DNA of 63,788 bases, the filler included, from Octopus bimaculoides (taxonomy: Eukaryota): assembly GCF_001194135.2 (NCBI RefSeq). It is 5 parts of 5 records of this genome, joined end to end, with 100 filler letters (N's around TTAATTAATTAA, not from the genome) between each part and the next. Parts side by side here need not be neighbours in the genome. Positions count along the whole stretch, not along the records: positions 44,683 to 61,227 come from NC_068986.1; positions 61,328 to 63,788 come from NC_069004.1; 3 more parts are not named here. One strand, given 5' to 3'. Positions 51,505-63,788 of this stretch are shown here, piece after piece; the first letter of the stretch is position 1, and each line of letters opens with the position of its first letter. The position numbers and the translations under genes are program-made. The notes beneath the pieces were generated by a model that searched no databases, was not told the origin of the DNA, and saw nothing but the letters and a program-made list of their open reading frames with translations.

Positions 51505-52724
51505 CAGGGGTTGGACAAAATAATGGAAACACCTAGCATCATAGCGTCATAATTTTGAAATGTCTATAAAACCATCAAAAGCTTGTTTATTTTCATGTTT
51601 TTTTTTTATTTATCATTAGTGTTGCTCAATATGTTCTGCTAGAATTGTTGTTTCTTGTCAGATATCATCAGAAAATGTTAATTAAATTTCATTAAAATGA
51701 CAGATCTATCAGATTTTCAAAGAGGTCAAATTGTCGGTGTTTGTATAGCAGGCGCTAACGTAACGAAAACAGCAGAAATGTTTGGTGTATCAAGAAGTTC
51801 TGTTTCGAAAGTGATGACATCCTTTGAGAAAGAGGGAAAAATTTCCTTGTCGAAACAAAACTCCGGAAGAAGAATCACAAAAGTACAGCTCCCAAAATTA
51901 CTGCAGAGCTTAATGACCACTTCGGGAACACAGTTTCCACAAAAACCGTTCGCTGGGAACTGCACAAAGCCGGATTTCACGGTAGGGCTGCAATCAGAAA
52001 ACCACTACTTTCAAAAACAAAGGTTGCAAAGCGTTTAGATTGGAGTAAAAACCTACAGAATTGGTCCTTAAAGCAGTGGAAGAATATTATTTTCTCGGAA
52101 GAGTCATTCTTTACCTTATTTCAGACCACCGGCCGAGTATACGTGTGGAAACAGCCAAAAGAAGCATTTAACCCTGACGGCCTTCTTCCAACTGTTAAAC
52201 ACGGAGGGGGATCTGTGATGATCTGCGAGGCTATATCTTGGAACTCCGCCGACCCAATGTTTGACTTTCATGGTAGAATTAATAGTCAAGACTATTCAAG
52301 TATTTTATTTGATCAAATTGATTCTATCATTGCAGATCTGTTTCCGGAGGGAAACGCAGTCTTTCAGGATGATAATGCACCAAATCCCACAGCTAATGTT
52401 GTTACTGAATGGCGCGAGGAACATTCTAGTGAAGCTGAACATCTTATCTGACCACCACAGTCCCCAGATCTCAATATTATTGAACATTTATGGTACATTT
52501 TTAGAAAAACAAGTAAGGAGTCGATATCCTGCACCATAGTCACTACAAGAACTGGAAACTGTCTTAGCTGAAGAATGGACAATATTCCATTGGAAACAAT
52601 TCAAACTCTGTTCAAGTCTATACCTCATAGAATTCAAACTGTAATTATTACAAAAGGCGGTCCTACCCCATATTAACAGATTTTTTTTTTAAATTTAAGG
52701 TGTTTCCATTTTGTCCAACACTTG
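51505..52724 (+). mobile_element. Tc1-family DNA transposon, near full length, with disrupted transposase (51697-~52670)
   Basis: TA-CAGGGGTTGGACAAAATAATGGAAACACCT ... AGGTGTTTCCATTTTGTCCAACACTTG-TA. Motifs DLSDFQRGQIVG, TVKHGGGSVM, FQDDNAP and PQSPDLNIIEHLW, with a frameshift and stops. Confidence 0.92.
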
Positions 52725-52808
52725 TATGTCATATGTATACGTTTATGTGGGCATGTATGTACCATTGAACGACTGTATCCCTTTATACATGTAACTAAGT
52801 GTATGTTA

Positions 52809-52866
<58 letters not shown>

Positions 52867-53451
52867 GAGCGTGTGTATGAGCACGTGATTATTGTCATTA
52901 TGAAATAGAAAGATTTCTGTATGTTGTGAGTATAGAGAGCGCGTGGCTATAAGCCATTGTGTGTTTGTTAAGCAAGATATAACAATGTATGTACATGTGC
53001 GTGTGCGCGTCTATGTGTGTGGAATTGTGTGTGTGTGTGAGTGTGTGTGATATGGTCCAGTTATGTGAGTATGTGACTGGAAAATGTAATAGACAATATG
53101 TGGGTAAAGTCAATAAAAGGAAGCCAGAGTGTGCGCATGTGTGTAGCTGGTTGCGTATTGATGTGTGAATCTATGCGAGTGTGTGTGTGTGTGTGTATGT
53201 GTTTATGTCTGTCTGTGTGTGTGTGCGATTTGTAGAGTGCATCAGTGTGTGCATGCTAGTGGGAATGTGAGCGATTCTCATTTATGGAAAACGAGACGCT
53301 GCGTGTGTATACAAGTGCTGGTATTGGACTTTTGCGAGACAGAAAAGGCTTCGTGTGTGTGACTGTTTTAGTATGTGCGTTTATGTTGATAGGTATGCAT
53401 ATGTATGTGTACATAATCCCACACACTAACACACACACACACATATACATG

Positions 53452-53515
<64 letters not shown>

Positions 53516-54735
53516 CAGCAGTCTTCAAGTATGTATTTACACAAGAGTACATACACGTACAAAATGTATGCAATTATGTGTATTAATATAATTGGGATAA
53601 AGCTTTTGTACGTATATTGTCAGGAGACAGACAGACAGAAAGAGAGAGGGGAAGAAATAGAGAGACAGACAAATAGACAGGAAGATAAAGAGAAGGATAT
53701 TATAGTTTTGTGTGTGTGAGCAAGCTAGACCGTTTCTAATCGAGATGGTAAGCATATGAGTTTCACCGCTACATTTACTGTGTGTCTATGTATTGTTTTG
53801 TTATGTGTTCTTAGCTATCGTGAAGTATAGAAAATGTGTACACCGGTATATTCTTATGGTAGATCGTTGTGTTTTATGAAGAGCGAACGTGATTTCCTAG
53901 GTGTGAACGTATATATATATANNNNNNNNNNNNNNNNNNNNNNNNNNNNNNNNNNNNNNNNNNNNNNNNNNNNNNNNNNNNNNNNNNNNNNNNNNNNNNN
54001 NNNNNNNNNNNNNNNNNNNNNNNNNNNNNNNNNNNNNNNNNNNNNNNNNNNNNNNNNNNNNNNNNNNNNNNNNNNNNNNNNNNNNNNNNNNNNNNNNNNN
54101 NNNNNNNNNNNNNNNNNNNNNNNNNNNNNNNNNNNNNNNNNNNNNNNNNNNNNNNNNNNNNNNNNNNNNNNNNNNNNNNNNNNNNNNNNNNNNNNNNNNN
54201 NNNNNNNNNNNNNNNNNNNNNNNNNNNNNNNNNNNNNNNNNNNNNNNNNNNNNNNNNNNNNNNNNNNNNNNNNNNNNNNNNNNNNNNNNNNNNNNNNNNN
54301 NNNNNNNNNNNNNNNNNNNNNNNNNNNNNNNNNNNNNNNNNNNNNNNNNNNNNNNNNNNNNNNNNNNNNNNNNNNNNNNNNNNNNNNNNNNNNNNNNNNN
54401 NNNNNNNNNNNNNNNNNNNNNNNNNNNNNNNNNNNNNNNNNNNNNNNNNNNNNNNNNNNNNNNNNNNNNNNNNNNNNNNNNNNNNNNNNNNNNNNNNNNN
54501 NNNNNNNNNNNNNNNNNNNNNNNNNNNNNNNNNNNNNNNNNNNNNNNNNNNNNNNNNNNNNNNNNNNNNNNNNNNNNNNNNNNNNNNNNNNNNNNNNNNN
54601 NNNNNNNNNNNNNNNNNNNNNNNNNNNNNNNNNNNNNNNNNNNNNNNNNNNNNNNNNNNNNNNNNNNNNNNNNNNNNNNNNNNNNNNNNNNNNNNNNNNN
54701 NNNNNNNNNNNNNNNNNNNNNNNNNNNNNNNNNNN

Positions 54736-54768
<33 letters not shown>

Positions 54769-54771
<3 letters not shown>

Positions 54772-55110
54772 ATAATTAAGGGATCAGCAACAGTTGCTTC
54801 ACCACATACCGAAATTTAGAAATAGCAGTTAAAGTGCTAATTGTACTACTACAATATGTCTCCAACAGATAGCAATACTTGTAACTCACATAGGCAAAAC
54901 AAGAAGGAAAAAATAACGAAACTAACCAGCCTCAGTCAATCATGGACGCGTTTCAGGATCAGAATACTAAAAAAAAATATTTATTCCCTTCATCAGCATG
55001 ATTTTCTAGATTATAAATCTGAAAATGGTGACAAAAACTATGTATGCTCGATCAGGCGACATCGTGCATCACATAACAGGAGCAGCATTTCCGAATTTAT
55101 ATAGACTTGT
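54769..55110 (-). mobile_element. Repeat family 3 (resembles a Penelope pLTR), homologous to 60946-61227
   Basis: Shared blocks aggga..agca...gttgctt...acatac.gaaatttagaaatagcagt and ataaatctgaaa; both copies start next to a (TA)n tract. Confidence 0.65.
54938..55003 (-). ncRNA. Type I hammerhead ribozyme motif (family 3, copy 1)
   Basis: AAUCAUG-CUGAUGA-AGGGA...UCCU-GAAA-CGCG-UC-CAUGAUU. 7-bp stem I, palindromic ACGCGU stem III, GUC triplet. Confidence 0.8.
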
Positions 55111-55579
55111 CTAGAGGTTACAAATTGCTTTAATAACTGCGAAATCGTCGATATATAGTTCAGTCTGTTTTTAAGAGGCCAGCTTTGAGAGTTGCATTTC
55201 CTCGCGTTCGGTAAAAATGTGTTTATTATGGTAGTTTGACCTTAGAGTCCCTCATAGCGTGAGGCATTCATGTGTAGTAATGCCCTTATATAAATAAATA
55301 TACACAATTATTCCGACCAAATCTTACATTAAGGGTCAAATGGCCTATAGCATACATGTTCAGTTCAATACTAATGAAATGTTTCAGTAGTTCAGCAACC
55401 GGAGTACTCATCTACGCAACCGACGGAGGATCTACTTACTTAATATTTATTTTATATTGTGGATGTATGTATTTCTGTATTCACGTATAGAAAGAGTGTG
55501 CGTGTGCCTGTGAAGGTATATATGTGTACATATGTCTGTGTGTATAGTTTTGTGCGGTTATAGTGCACATATAGAGATG

Positions 55580-55624
<45 letters not shown>

Positions 55625-55701
55625 NNNNNNNNNNGAGAGAGAGAGAGGGAGAAAGAAAGAGAGATAGATAGAGAGAAATAGAGATAGAGAGAAAGACAAA
55701 T

Positions 55702-55778
<77 letters not shown>

Positions 55779-56100
55779 CAGACATTAAGGCGGAGAGCTG
55801 GCGGGGACGTTAGCACGCCGGGAGAAATGCTTAGCGGTACTTCGTCTGTCTTTACGTTCTGCGTTCAAATTCAGCCGAGGTCGACTTTGCCTTTCATCCT
55901 TTCGTGGTCGATAAATTAAGTACCAGTTACGCACTGGGGTCGACTTAATACCTTTGTCTGTCCTTATTTGTCCCCGCTATGTTTAGCCCCTTGTGAGCAA
56001 TAAAGAAATAAGATATATAGACATACAGACAGACAGATCGATAGATAGATAGATTCATATATAATTGTATGTATACATATATATATAGATAGATAGATAA

Positions 56101-56143
<43 letters not shown>

Positions 56144-56867
56144 TATTTATATTTATATGTATGTATATATATATATGCGTGTATATCAACATATATACAT
56201 AAGTATGTATAGTTATGTGTGTGTATGTGTGTGCATATGTATATGCATGTATGAATGTATGCATCTACAAATATATTAATATACACATGTGTAGCATACA
56301 GTTAGAGAAATGTGTGCGTAATGATGTTATATACGAAACCATGGTGCTCTATACACAAACGCGCACACGCACAGACGTGCACACATACACGCACGCAAAC
56401 ATACACACACACACACACACACACACAATCGTACGAATACAAACACATACGCGCACTCACACACACACATACTCACATGCTCACGCACAAATAGATATAC
56501 AAAGAGAGGACTTGCTAAACTACACATGATCTCATTGACATTTCGATTGACAAACTCCGAAGGATTACAGCAAACATTCAATCTAGCGATGCAAGATCGA
56601 TTCTATTGAGAATGTTTTGTCAAAGATATCTAATCCGCTTAATATTTCATTTCTTCTCTTCTCGTATTTTTTTTTTCTTTTTATGATTTTATTGGTCGTG
56701 CTTTCTTTATATTTTCTATTGTTCTCGCTGTTTTTGTTTCATTTTGCCGTTCGCTTGCTGAAAAAATTATTTTCTCTTGTTATTATCTTCATCTTCATCA
56801 CTGACATTATTATCATCATCACCATCATTAGTAATATTATTAACAACACACAATTATCAGTTTACAT

Positions 56868-56918
<51 letters not shown>

Positions 56919-58802
56919 CACTACTGCTGCTGCTATGTTACTTTCGCTACACTATCGAGCACGGATTTATGGACCTTTCATATGTGCAGTGTTGTCGTTT
57001 TGGTCTTATATTTTCTATTGTATTATAAGTCTTTTTGATAGTATTTACAAGATATTCAGGCGGCGAGCTGGCAGAATCTCTAGCAAGCCGGGCGAAATGC
57101 TTAGCGGTGTTTCGACCGTCTTTATGTTCTGAGTTCAAATTCCACCGAGGTCGACTTTACCTTTCGGGGTCGGTCTAATCGACTGGCCCCTTCCTGAACA
57201 ATTTCGGGCCTTGCGCCTAGAGTAGAAAAGAATATAAGAAAGTTTATAAGGCGACGAGCTGACAGAAATTTTAGCAAGCCGGGCGAAATGCTTTGCGGTA
57301 TTTCGTTTGTCTTTATGTTCTGAGTTCAAATTCCACCAAAGTCGACTTTGCCTTTTATCCTTTTGGGGTCGATAAATTAAACACCAGTTGCGTACTGGGT
57401 CGATCTAATCGACTGGCCTCCTCCTCCAAAATTTCGGGCCTTGTGCCTAGAGTAGAAAAGAGTATTTACACAATATTATTTTTGTAGTCCTTTTCTTCCA
57501 GCTTTACGTTCTGAGTTCAAATATGACTGAAGCTAAATTTGCTTTCATCCTTCCTGAGTCAAGTGGCAGCGAAGATCTAGGTCTGATATAGTAGTCTAAC
57601 CTCCTCTCTGCATATTTCTGTCCCTGTACTTTAATTCGAGACAATTACTTTACGTGTGTTTTTGTCAAACCGTGCTCGTTCGTTCGTATCTAACTGACGA
57701 CATTGTAATCGTCCTTTTATGACTAAGAAAGTTAGAACAGTTACGCTTATTACAATATTTTATGTATACAACCTTAACTATTGATCTACCGCATGAGCGA
57801 TATTCGTTTCTAAACTTTTCTTTCATTTTACATGTGTGTGCGTGTGTGCATGCGTGTGCATGTGCGTGCGCGTGTGTGAATATATTTATTGAAACCCAGT
57901 GGTCTGAATATTTTTATCTTCTATGATATTAGATATCTTAATTATTTCCTTTTTTCAGAGTTGCTTTCTCTCGTCCTCTCATTTCTCTCATCTTCCTATC
58001 TTAAAATACCTAAGGCACTTTCTTGCTTTTCTGTGTGTCACGCACTTTTCCATCAGTATTTCCTCTTTCATCTTTTGTCTCATCCTTTTCTCCACCTGTA
58101 CAGCTGTTCTGTGTAGAGCCTTTTGATTTATTCTTATCGTCACAGTTACACAAAGCCATAATAGAATCTTGTATGAAGATTACATGCGTATAACATCATT
58201 TACCTTCAAAGGATACTTGCTTTTGTGTTGTAGTTATGAATGCTAGGGGTATGCTGATTAAATTTGAGATTAGGTAATAATTTGTTGACATAATATTTTG
58301 AAGCTAAATACCTAGCAATACAAGGACCTTAAACTAATTCTTTGATTTATAATTACTTTCATGCAGGCAGTTGCTGGAATTGGTACGGTTTCAAGTTGCA
58401 ATGATTGGATTGGAGAAATATGTTTGCAATTCTGACAATTTGTATTTAATGAATTTTGTACGAAGTCAGAATTTTTTTAAAAGCTTATGTTCGAGGGGAA
58501 ATGTTAAGTAAATATTCCAAAATAACGTTTGCTACACATGTGGATACTTTTAAATTACATTGTAAATTGAACCAAATTATAAATTCCCTTTCTATCTCAA
58601 AGTGTGCGATGTTAATAATTATTCGATTGTTCAGGAATACGACTATACTCAGTGCTTCCTTACCATATTTAGAAACATCACTGAAAATTTCTAAGATATT
58701 ATTTCTACATATTATTTCTACTAGGTTTGCAATATCATTAAGATTTACATTATTTACATTATTTACATTTGATGGATATTTGTCCTCATACTGTTTGTTG
58801 TT

Positions 58803-58848
58803 AACACAACGTTTCAGCTGATATACCCGCCAGCCTTCATCAGGTGTA
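58803..58848 (-). ncRNA. Minimal type I hammerhead motif (family 2)
   Basis: ACAC-CUGAUGA-A-GGCUG(GCGGGUAUAU)CAGCU-GAAAC-GUU-GUGU; the first pair of stem II is G-U. Confidence 0.72.
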
Positions 58849-58924
58849 TTGGGGAAATTTCGAACCTGGGTTCTCATTCCTAAAATATTTTTCGATGTTG
58901 TTGTTGTTGTTATTATTATTATTA

Positions 58925-59139
58925 TTATTGTTCAGTAGTTTTATTTTTATAACGTGCTTTCACTTCACTACCCAGCGCAGCTCTGTGCGCCTTGGGTATG
59001 TGCTGTGGTTTGCTGTGGTGCTCTTATGTTTACTGTATTGAAAGTGTTTTGCGTAGAATGTGTGCAGTACCCAGTAGTGCAATTTTCTGTATGTTATCTA
59101 TATTTGTAAGTCCTGGTGTTTTTGTTATGTATTTGTCTG
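58925..59139 (-). mobile_element. RLE-type LINE 3' end (same family as 44683-45075)
   Basis: DKYITKTPGLTNIDNIQKIALLGTAHILRKTLSIQ* and a nearly identical 3' UTR. Confidence 0.88.
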
Positions 59140-59589
59140 NNNNNNNNNNNNNNNNNNNNNNNNNNNNNNNNNNNNNNNNNNNNNNNNNNNNNNNNNNNNN
59201 NNNNNNNNNNNNNNNNNNNNNNNNNNNNNNNNNNNNNNNNNNNNNNNNNNNNNNNNNNNNNNNNNNNNNNNNNNNNNNNNNNNNNNNNNNNNNNNNNNNN
59301 NNNNNNNNNNNNNNNNNNNNNNNNNNNNNNNNNNNNNNNNNNNNNNNNNNNNNNNNNNNNNNNNNNNNNNNNNNNNNNNNNNNNNNNNNNNNNNNNNNNN
59401 NNNNNNNNNNNNNNNNNNNNNNNNNNNNNNNNNNNNNNNNNNNNNNNNNNNNNNNNNNNNNNNNNNNNNNNNNNNNNNNNNNNNNNNNNNNNNNNNNNNN
59501 NNNNNNNNNNNNNNNNNNNNNNNNNNNNNNNNNNNNNNNNNNNNNNNNNNNNNNNNNNNNNNNNNNNNNNNNNNNNNNNNNTATTATAT

Positions 59590-59642
59590 AAGAGCGCGGG
59601 CTACTAACCCCAAGATTCCGAGTTCGATTCCAAGCAGTGACC

Positions 59643-59675
<33 letters not shown>

Positions 59676-59822
59676 TCGAAAAATACCTTAGGAATGAGAA
59701 CCCAGGTTCGAAATTTCTCCAAGACACCTGATGAAGGCAGGTGGGTATATCAGCCGAAACGTTGTGTTAACAACAAACAAGATGAGAACAAATATCCGTC
59801 AAATGTAAATAATGCAAATAAT
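59590..59822 (+). mobile_element. Composite SINE: tRNA-like head + (AAT)n + hammerhead-containing body
   Basis: B-box GAGTTCGATTCC at 59620-59631, (AAT)~10 at about 59644-59673, hammerhead at 59723-59768 on the same strand. Confidence 0.7.
59723..59768 (+). ncRNA. Minimal type I hammerhead motif (family 2)
   Basis: GACAC-CUGAUGA-A-GGCAG(GUGGGUAUAU)CAGCC-GAAAC-GUU-GUGUU; one A-A mismatch in stem II. Confidence 0.72.
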
Positions 59823-61121
59823 TATTTAAGCTGTTCGATAATTTGTGGATATACTATTCTTTCTCGTGAGCTTTCTTTAACGTGCATACAGAGGGCATGA
59901 TAACATTATTCGCAGTGGGTAACGTGTAGAGAATTCTTTCTGATTAGATTCATCCGTATTAGTCAAAGATATATTTTTTAAAAAAACAGTTAATGGTATT
60001 TGCTTTTTTTCTTTTTAGAATTCATTATTATTCTGTCGACTAACGTTTTGTAGTATTATTAACATCACCTCTTAAGATTTATTTGGGTTGGAATTTGATG
60101 CATAAACTTCTAAAATACAGAACCTGCGGATGTCCCTGGGCGAAACTGAATCTTTAGCATTCAGACGATACTGAAGGTCACATGACATATCAAACAGATT
60201 TCCTTTTAATCCATGCAATCTTATCGTTAAAAAAATGACTGATTTTCTTTTTTTTTCGCTTTTGATATTATATTACTGTTTGTAATAGAAATAGGTACGG
60301 TAAGTAATAGAAACTTAAGTGCTCAGTTTACAAACTGGTTCGACATAGAAAACCTGATGTATTTAATATCAAGTTAGAAAAGCTCTATTTACATTTTTTT
60401 TTTTTATGTGTCGGATAGTTTCATTCACTCAATAGTATACTTGTCATTCCAAAGTCAAATGAGAAATAAATTTGAAATAAGGAATTGTTGAATCTTCGAT
60501 ATATTTACTGATAAACTTCAATACGTATCCTAGGGGAGTTAATCAATCCGCTCGACGAATTGCGGATAAAATTAACTGTTCCATTCTTTAGCCACGTGAT
60601 TCCCTATTAGTTTTCTGTCCACTCGTTACCGGTGGACATTTACAACAATAGTAACTTACTCGGTTTCTCGAATTCCTTTAGTTGTTATTATCCATTTAAT
60701 ATAACTCCAGTATTGCATTTTGTAAATCGTTTATTAATACATTCCTATGATTTTCATAAGTATTCGGAGTTCTTATATCTCATTTCTTTACTTTTCACTA
60801 TATTATATTATTATATTATTATATTATTATATTATATTATTCATATTTTAAATTATGCACTTACATCCATTACATTTATGAGCTTATAGATAGATACAGA
60901 CATACATACATATATATACATATATATATATATATATATCATCGTAAATATACAGGGATTAGCATTGAGTTGCTTCTCCAACATACTGAAAATTTAGAAA
61001 TAGCAGTCAAAAAACTACTGATTCTAAACTACAAATTTTTCTCTAAATGGATGGCGATATTTATGGCGCACATAGAACAAAAAACCAGAGGGAAAAGCAA
61101 AAACAAACCTGCCTTTAGTTA

Positions 61122-61179
61122 ATTGGATACGAACGTTTCGCGGTTAAGATATTAATCTATTCCGTCTCATCAGCCCAAT
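61122..61179 (-). ncRNA. Type I hammerhead motif (family 3, copy 2)
   Basis: AUUGGG-CUGAUGA-GACGG...CCGC-GAAAC-GUUC-GUA-UCCAAU. 6-bp stem I, GUA triplet, stem II extendable by AGAU/AUCU. Confidence 0.78.
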
Positions 61180-62285
61180 ATTCTGATAAATCTGAAAGTG
61201 TCTCTAAAAAAATTCACGGTAATTTCTNNNNNNNNNNNNNNNNNNNNNNNNNNNNNNNNNNNNNNNNNNNNTTAATTAATTAANNNNNNNNNNNNNNNNN
61301 NNNNNNNNNNNNNNNNNNNNNNNNNNNGGCGCGAAATATTTCTGGGCGGAAGCTGCTCGTGAAATTAACGTGTAAGTGGCTGAGCACTCCACAGACACGT
61401 GTACCCTTAACGTAGTTCTCGGGGATATTCAGCGTGACACAGTGTGACAAGCCTGACCCTTTGAATTACAGGCACAACAGAAACAGAAAGAGTGAGAGAA
61501 AGTTGTGGTGAAAGGGTACAGCAGGGTTCGCCACCATCCCCTGCCGGAGCCTCGTGGTGCTTTAGGTGTTTTCGCTCAATAAACACTCATAACGCCCGGT
61601 CTGGGAATCGAAACTGCGATCCTATGACCGCGAGTTCGCTGCCCTTATAACTAGGCCATTGCACCTCCACACTGTGCTGATACCTGATATCTAAACAGAA
61701 TTTCCTTGACTCACTACAAGGGGAAGTAAAATCATTTATGATATAATGTGAGGTTTTACCCTCTTAAGACAACAGAATCTGGTTCTACAAACGATTTAAC
61801 ATCGTTCGTCTTGCAAACGAAATACATAAATTAAAGCTTTTAGTTTATGGCGTAACATATATAATGGCCGTTTTTGACAGATTCACTTCTTGAGAACTAA
61901 CTTGAGGTAATCGGCATTTTATTTATCTGAACAGTTCTATTCAATTATTGCCATTTCATATGGTTTTCGGAAATGTCGTATGGAGAGCTTGTTTGGAAAT
62001 TGTAAACGTTTAAATTTTAGATTTTTGATCAAAAGCGAATAATAATATGATCCTTTATAGCACCTCCGGAACAGATGCGAATGAATAGAGAGGATATTCT
62101 GAAAGCGAAGACCAAGCCTCGAATGCATAAAACGGATTGGACCTTACTAAGTATACCCAACGATATGTGACTTAAATAGTTATCATTTGCATATAAATTT
62201 TATAGAAGAGATTCATATAGTCTTAAGTGGCTTCTATAATACTTATATGTAAAGCTTAAACGTTTGATACACACACATATATATG

Positions 62286-62318
<33 letters not shown>

Positions 62319-63026
62319 NNNNNNNNNNNNNNNNNNNNNNNNNNNNNNNNNNNNNNNNNNNNNNNNNNNNNNNNNNNNNNNNNNNNNNNNNNNNNNNNNN
62401 NNNNNNNNNNNNNNNNNNNNNNNNNNNNNNNNNNNNNNNNNNNNNNNNNNNNNNNNNNNNNNNNNNNNNNNNNNNNNNNNNNNNNNNNNNNNNNNNNNNN
62501 NNNNNNNNNNNNNNNNNNNNNNNNNNNNNNNNNNNNNNNNNNNNNNNNNNNNNNNNNNNNNNNNNNNNNNNNNNNNNNNNNNNNNNNNNNNNNNNNNNNN
62601 NNNNNNNNNNNNNNNNNNNNNNNNNNNNNNNNNNNNNNNNNNNNNNNNNNNNNNNNNNNNNNNNNNNNNNNNNNNNNNNNNNNNNNNNNNNNNNNNNNNN
62701 NNNNNNNNNNNNNNNNNNNNNNNNNNNNNNNNNNNNNNNNNNNNNNNNNNNNNNNNNNNNNNNNNNNNNNNNNNNNNNNNNNNNNNNNNNNNNNNNNNNN
62801 NNNNNNNNNNNNNNNNNNNNNNNNNNNNNNNNNNNNNNNNNNNNNNNNNNNNNNNNNNNNNNNNNNNNNNNNNNNNNNNNNNNNNNNNNNNNNNNNNNNN
62901 NNNNNNNNNNNNNNNNNNNNNNNNNNNNNNNNNNNNNNNNNNNNNNNNNNNNNNNNNNNNNNNNNNNNNNNNNNNNNNNNNNNNNNNNNNNNNNNNNNNN
63001 NNNNNNNNNNNNNNNNNNNNNNNNNN

Positions 63027-63088
<62 letters not shown>

Positions 63089-63685
63089 GTATGTATACAT
63101 ACATGTGCGTATGAAGATATTTGTGTATAATTTACATTCGATAAACAATAAATCATTAACATGAAAGATCATTATCACTTCCGATCTTAAACCATTTCAT
63201 TGCCGTGACAACACGCTAATCTCTGATTTATTTGTTTCCCAAGAAACTGATGAATACGACGGTTATGCCTGCAGCTTTAGGAAATATAAATCTGGCTTAC
63301 TGGTAAATTCTACGGAGACTCTGTCTTCGTAATGCCATAAGGCAAGAATATAAGAAACATTCAGTGTGTAGGATTTAGAGGAGAGATTTAAAATACGCAT
63401 TCTAAAAGCGACAGTTCTGATGCTTAACTCCCACAGACAAATACACACACCTACGTACATTTGCACTCACATGCGCACACACGCATGCGCTGATACGTAG
63501 GACACAAGCGTACACACGTATACCGTATATACGTATATACCTACAGGACATGATGGGTCAGGTTGCATATGTACTCAGAACCAGTACAGCTTTACCTAAA
63601 ATGATTTGTATGAGGGTGTATGTATACATATAAAATATATATAATGTATATGCATATATACGTGTATACATACACGTAGATACAT

Positions 63686-63778
<93 letters not shown>

Positions 63779-63788
63779 CATATATACA

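Noticed and set aside
59590-59641. Functional tRNA gene
   Set aside because: Only A/B-box-like motifs; no complete cloverleaf or acceptor stem; it is a SINE head.

Overview
AT-rich, microsatellite-dense animal genomic DNA with many N gaps. The SINE and LINE families look like those of an octopod cephalopod, which is an inference from repeat motifs. Four identical 100-bp spacers (44 N + TTAATTAATTAA + 44 N) show the window is stitched from five pieces joined at unknown distances. The only recognisable host gene is a plus-strand LDL-receptor-family (EGF + YWTD beta-propeller) gene: four clear exons between 30323 and 42213, one expected exon missing (probably in a gap), and a possible terminal exon exonized from a Penelope-like element. 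The rest is transposon-derived: tRNA-derived SINEs (including a ~10-copy tandem array), RTE and RLE-type LINE fragments, a near full-length dead Tc1 element, a mariner remnant, piggyBac-like MITEs and a foldback element. The main unexpected signal is six minimal type I hammerhead ribozyme motifs in three unrelated repeat families. One family joins a tRNA-like Pol III head, an (AAT)n linker and a hammerhead, resembling a self-cleaving SINE or retrozyme, and its (AAT)n tract abuts the 3' end of an RLE LINE in two copies. Other signals: a 38-bp-stem hairpin just upstream of an LRP exon, and an octamer plus double-CRE cluster. All calls were read by eye; no searches or folding programs were run.
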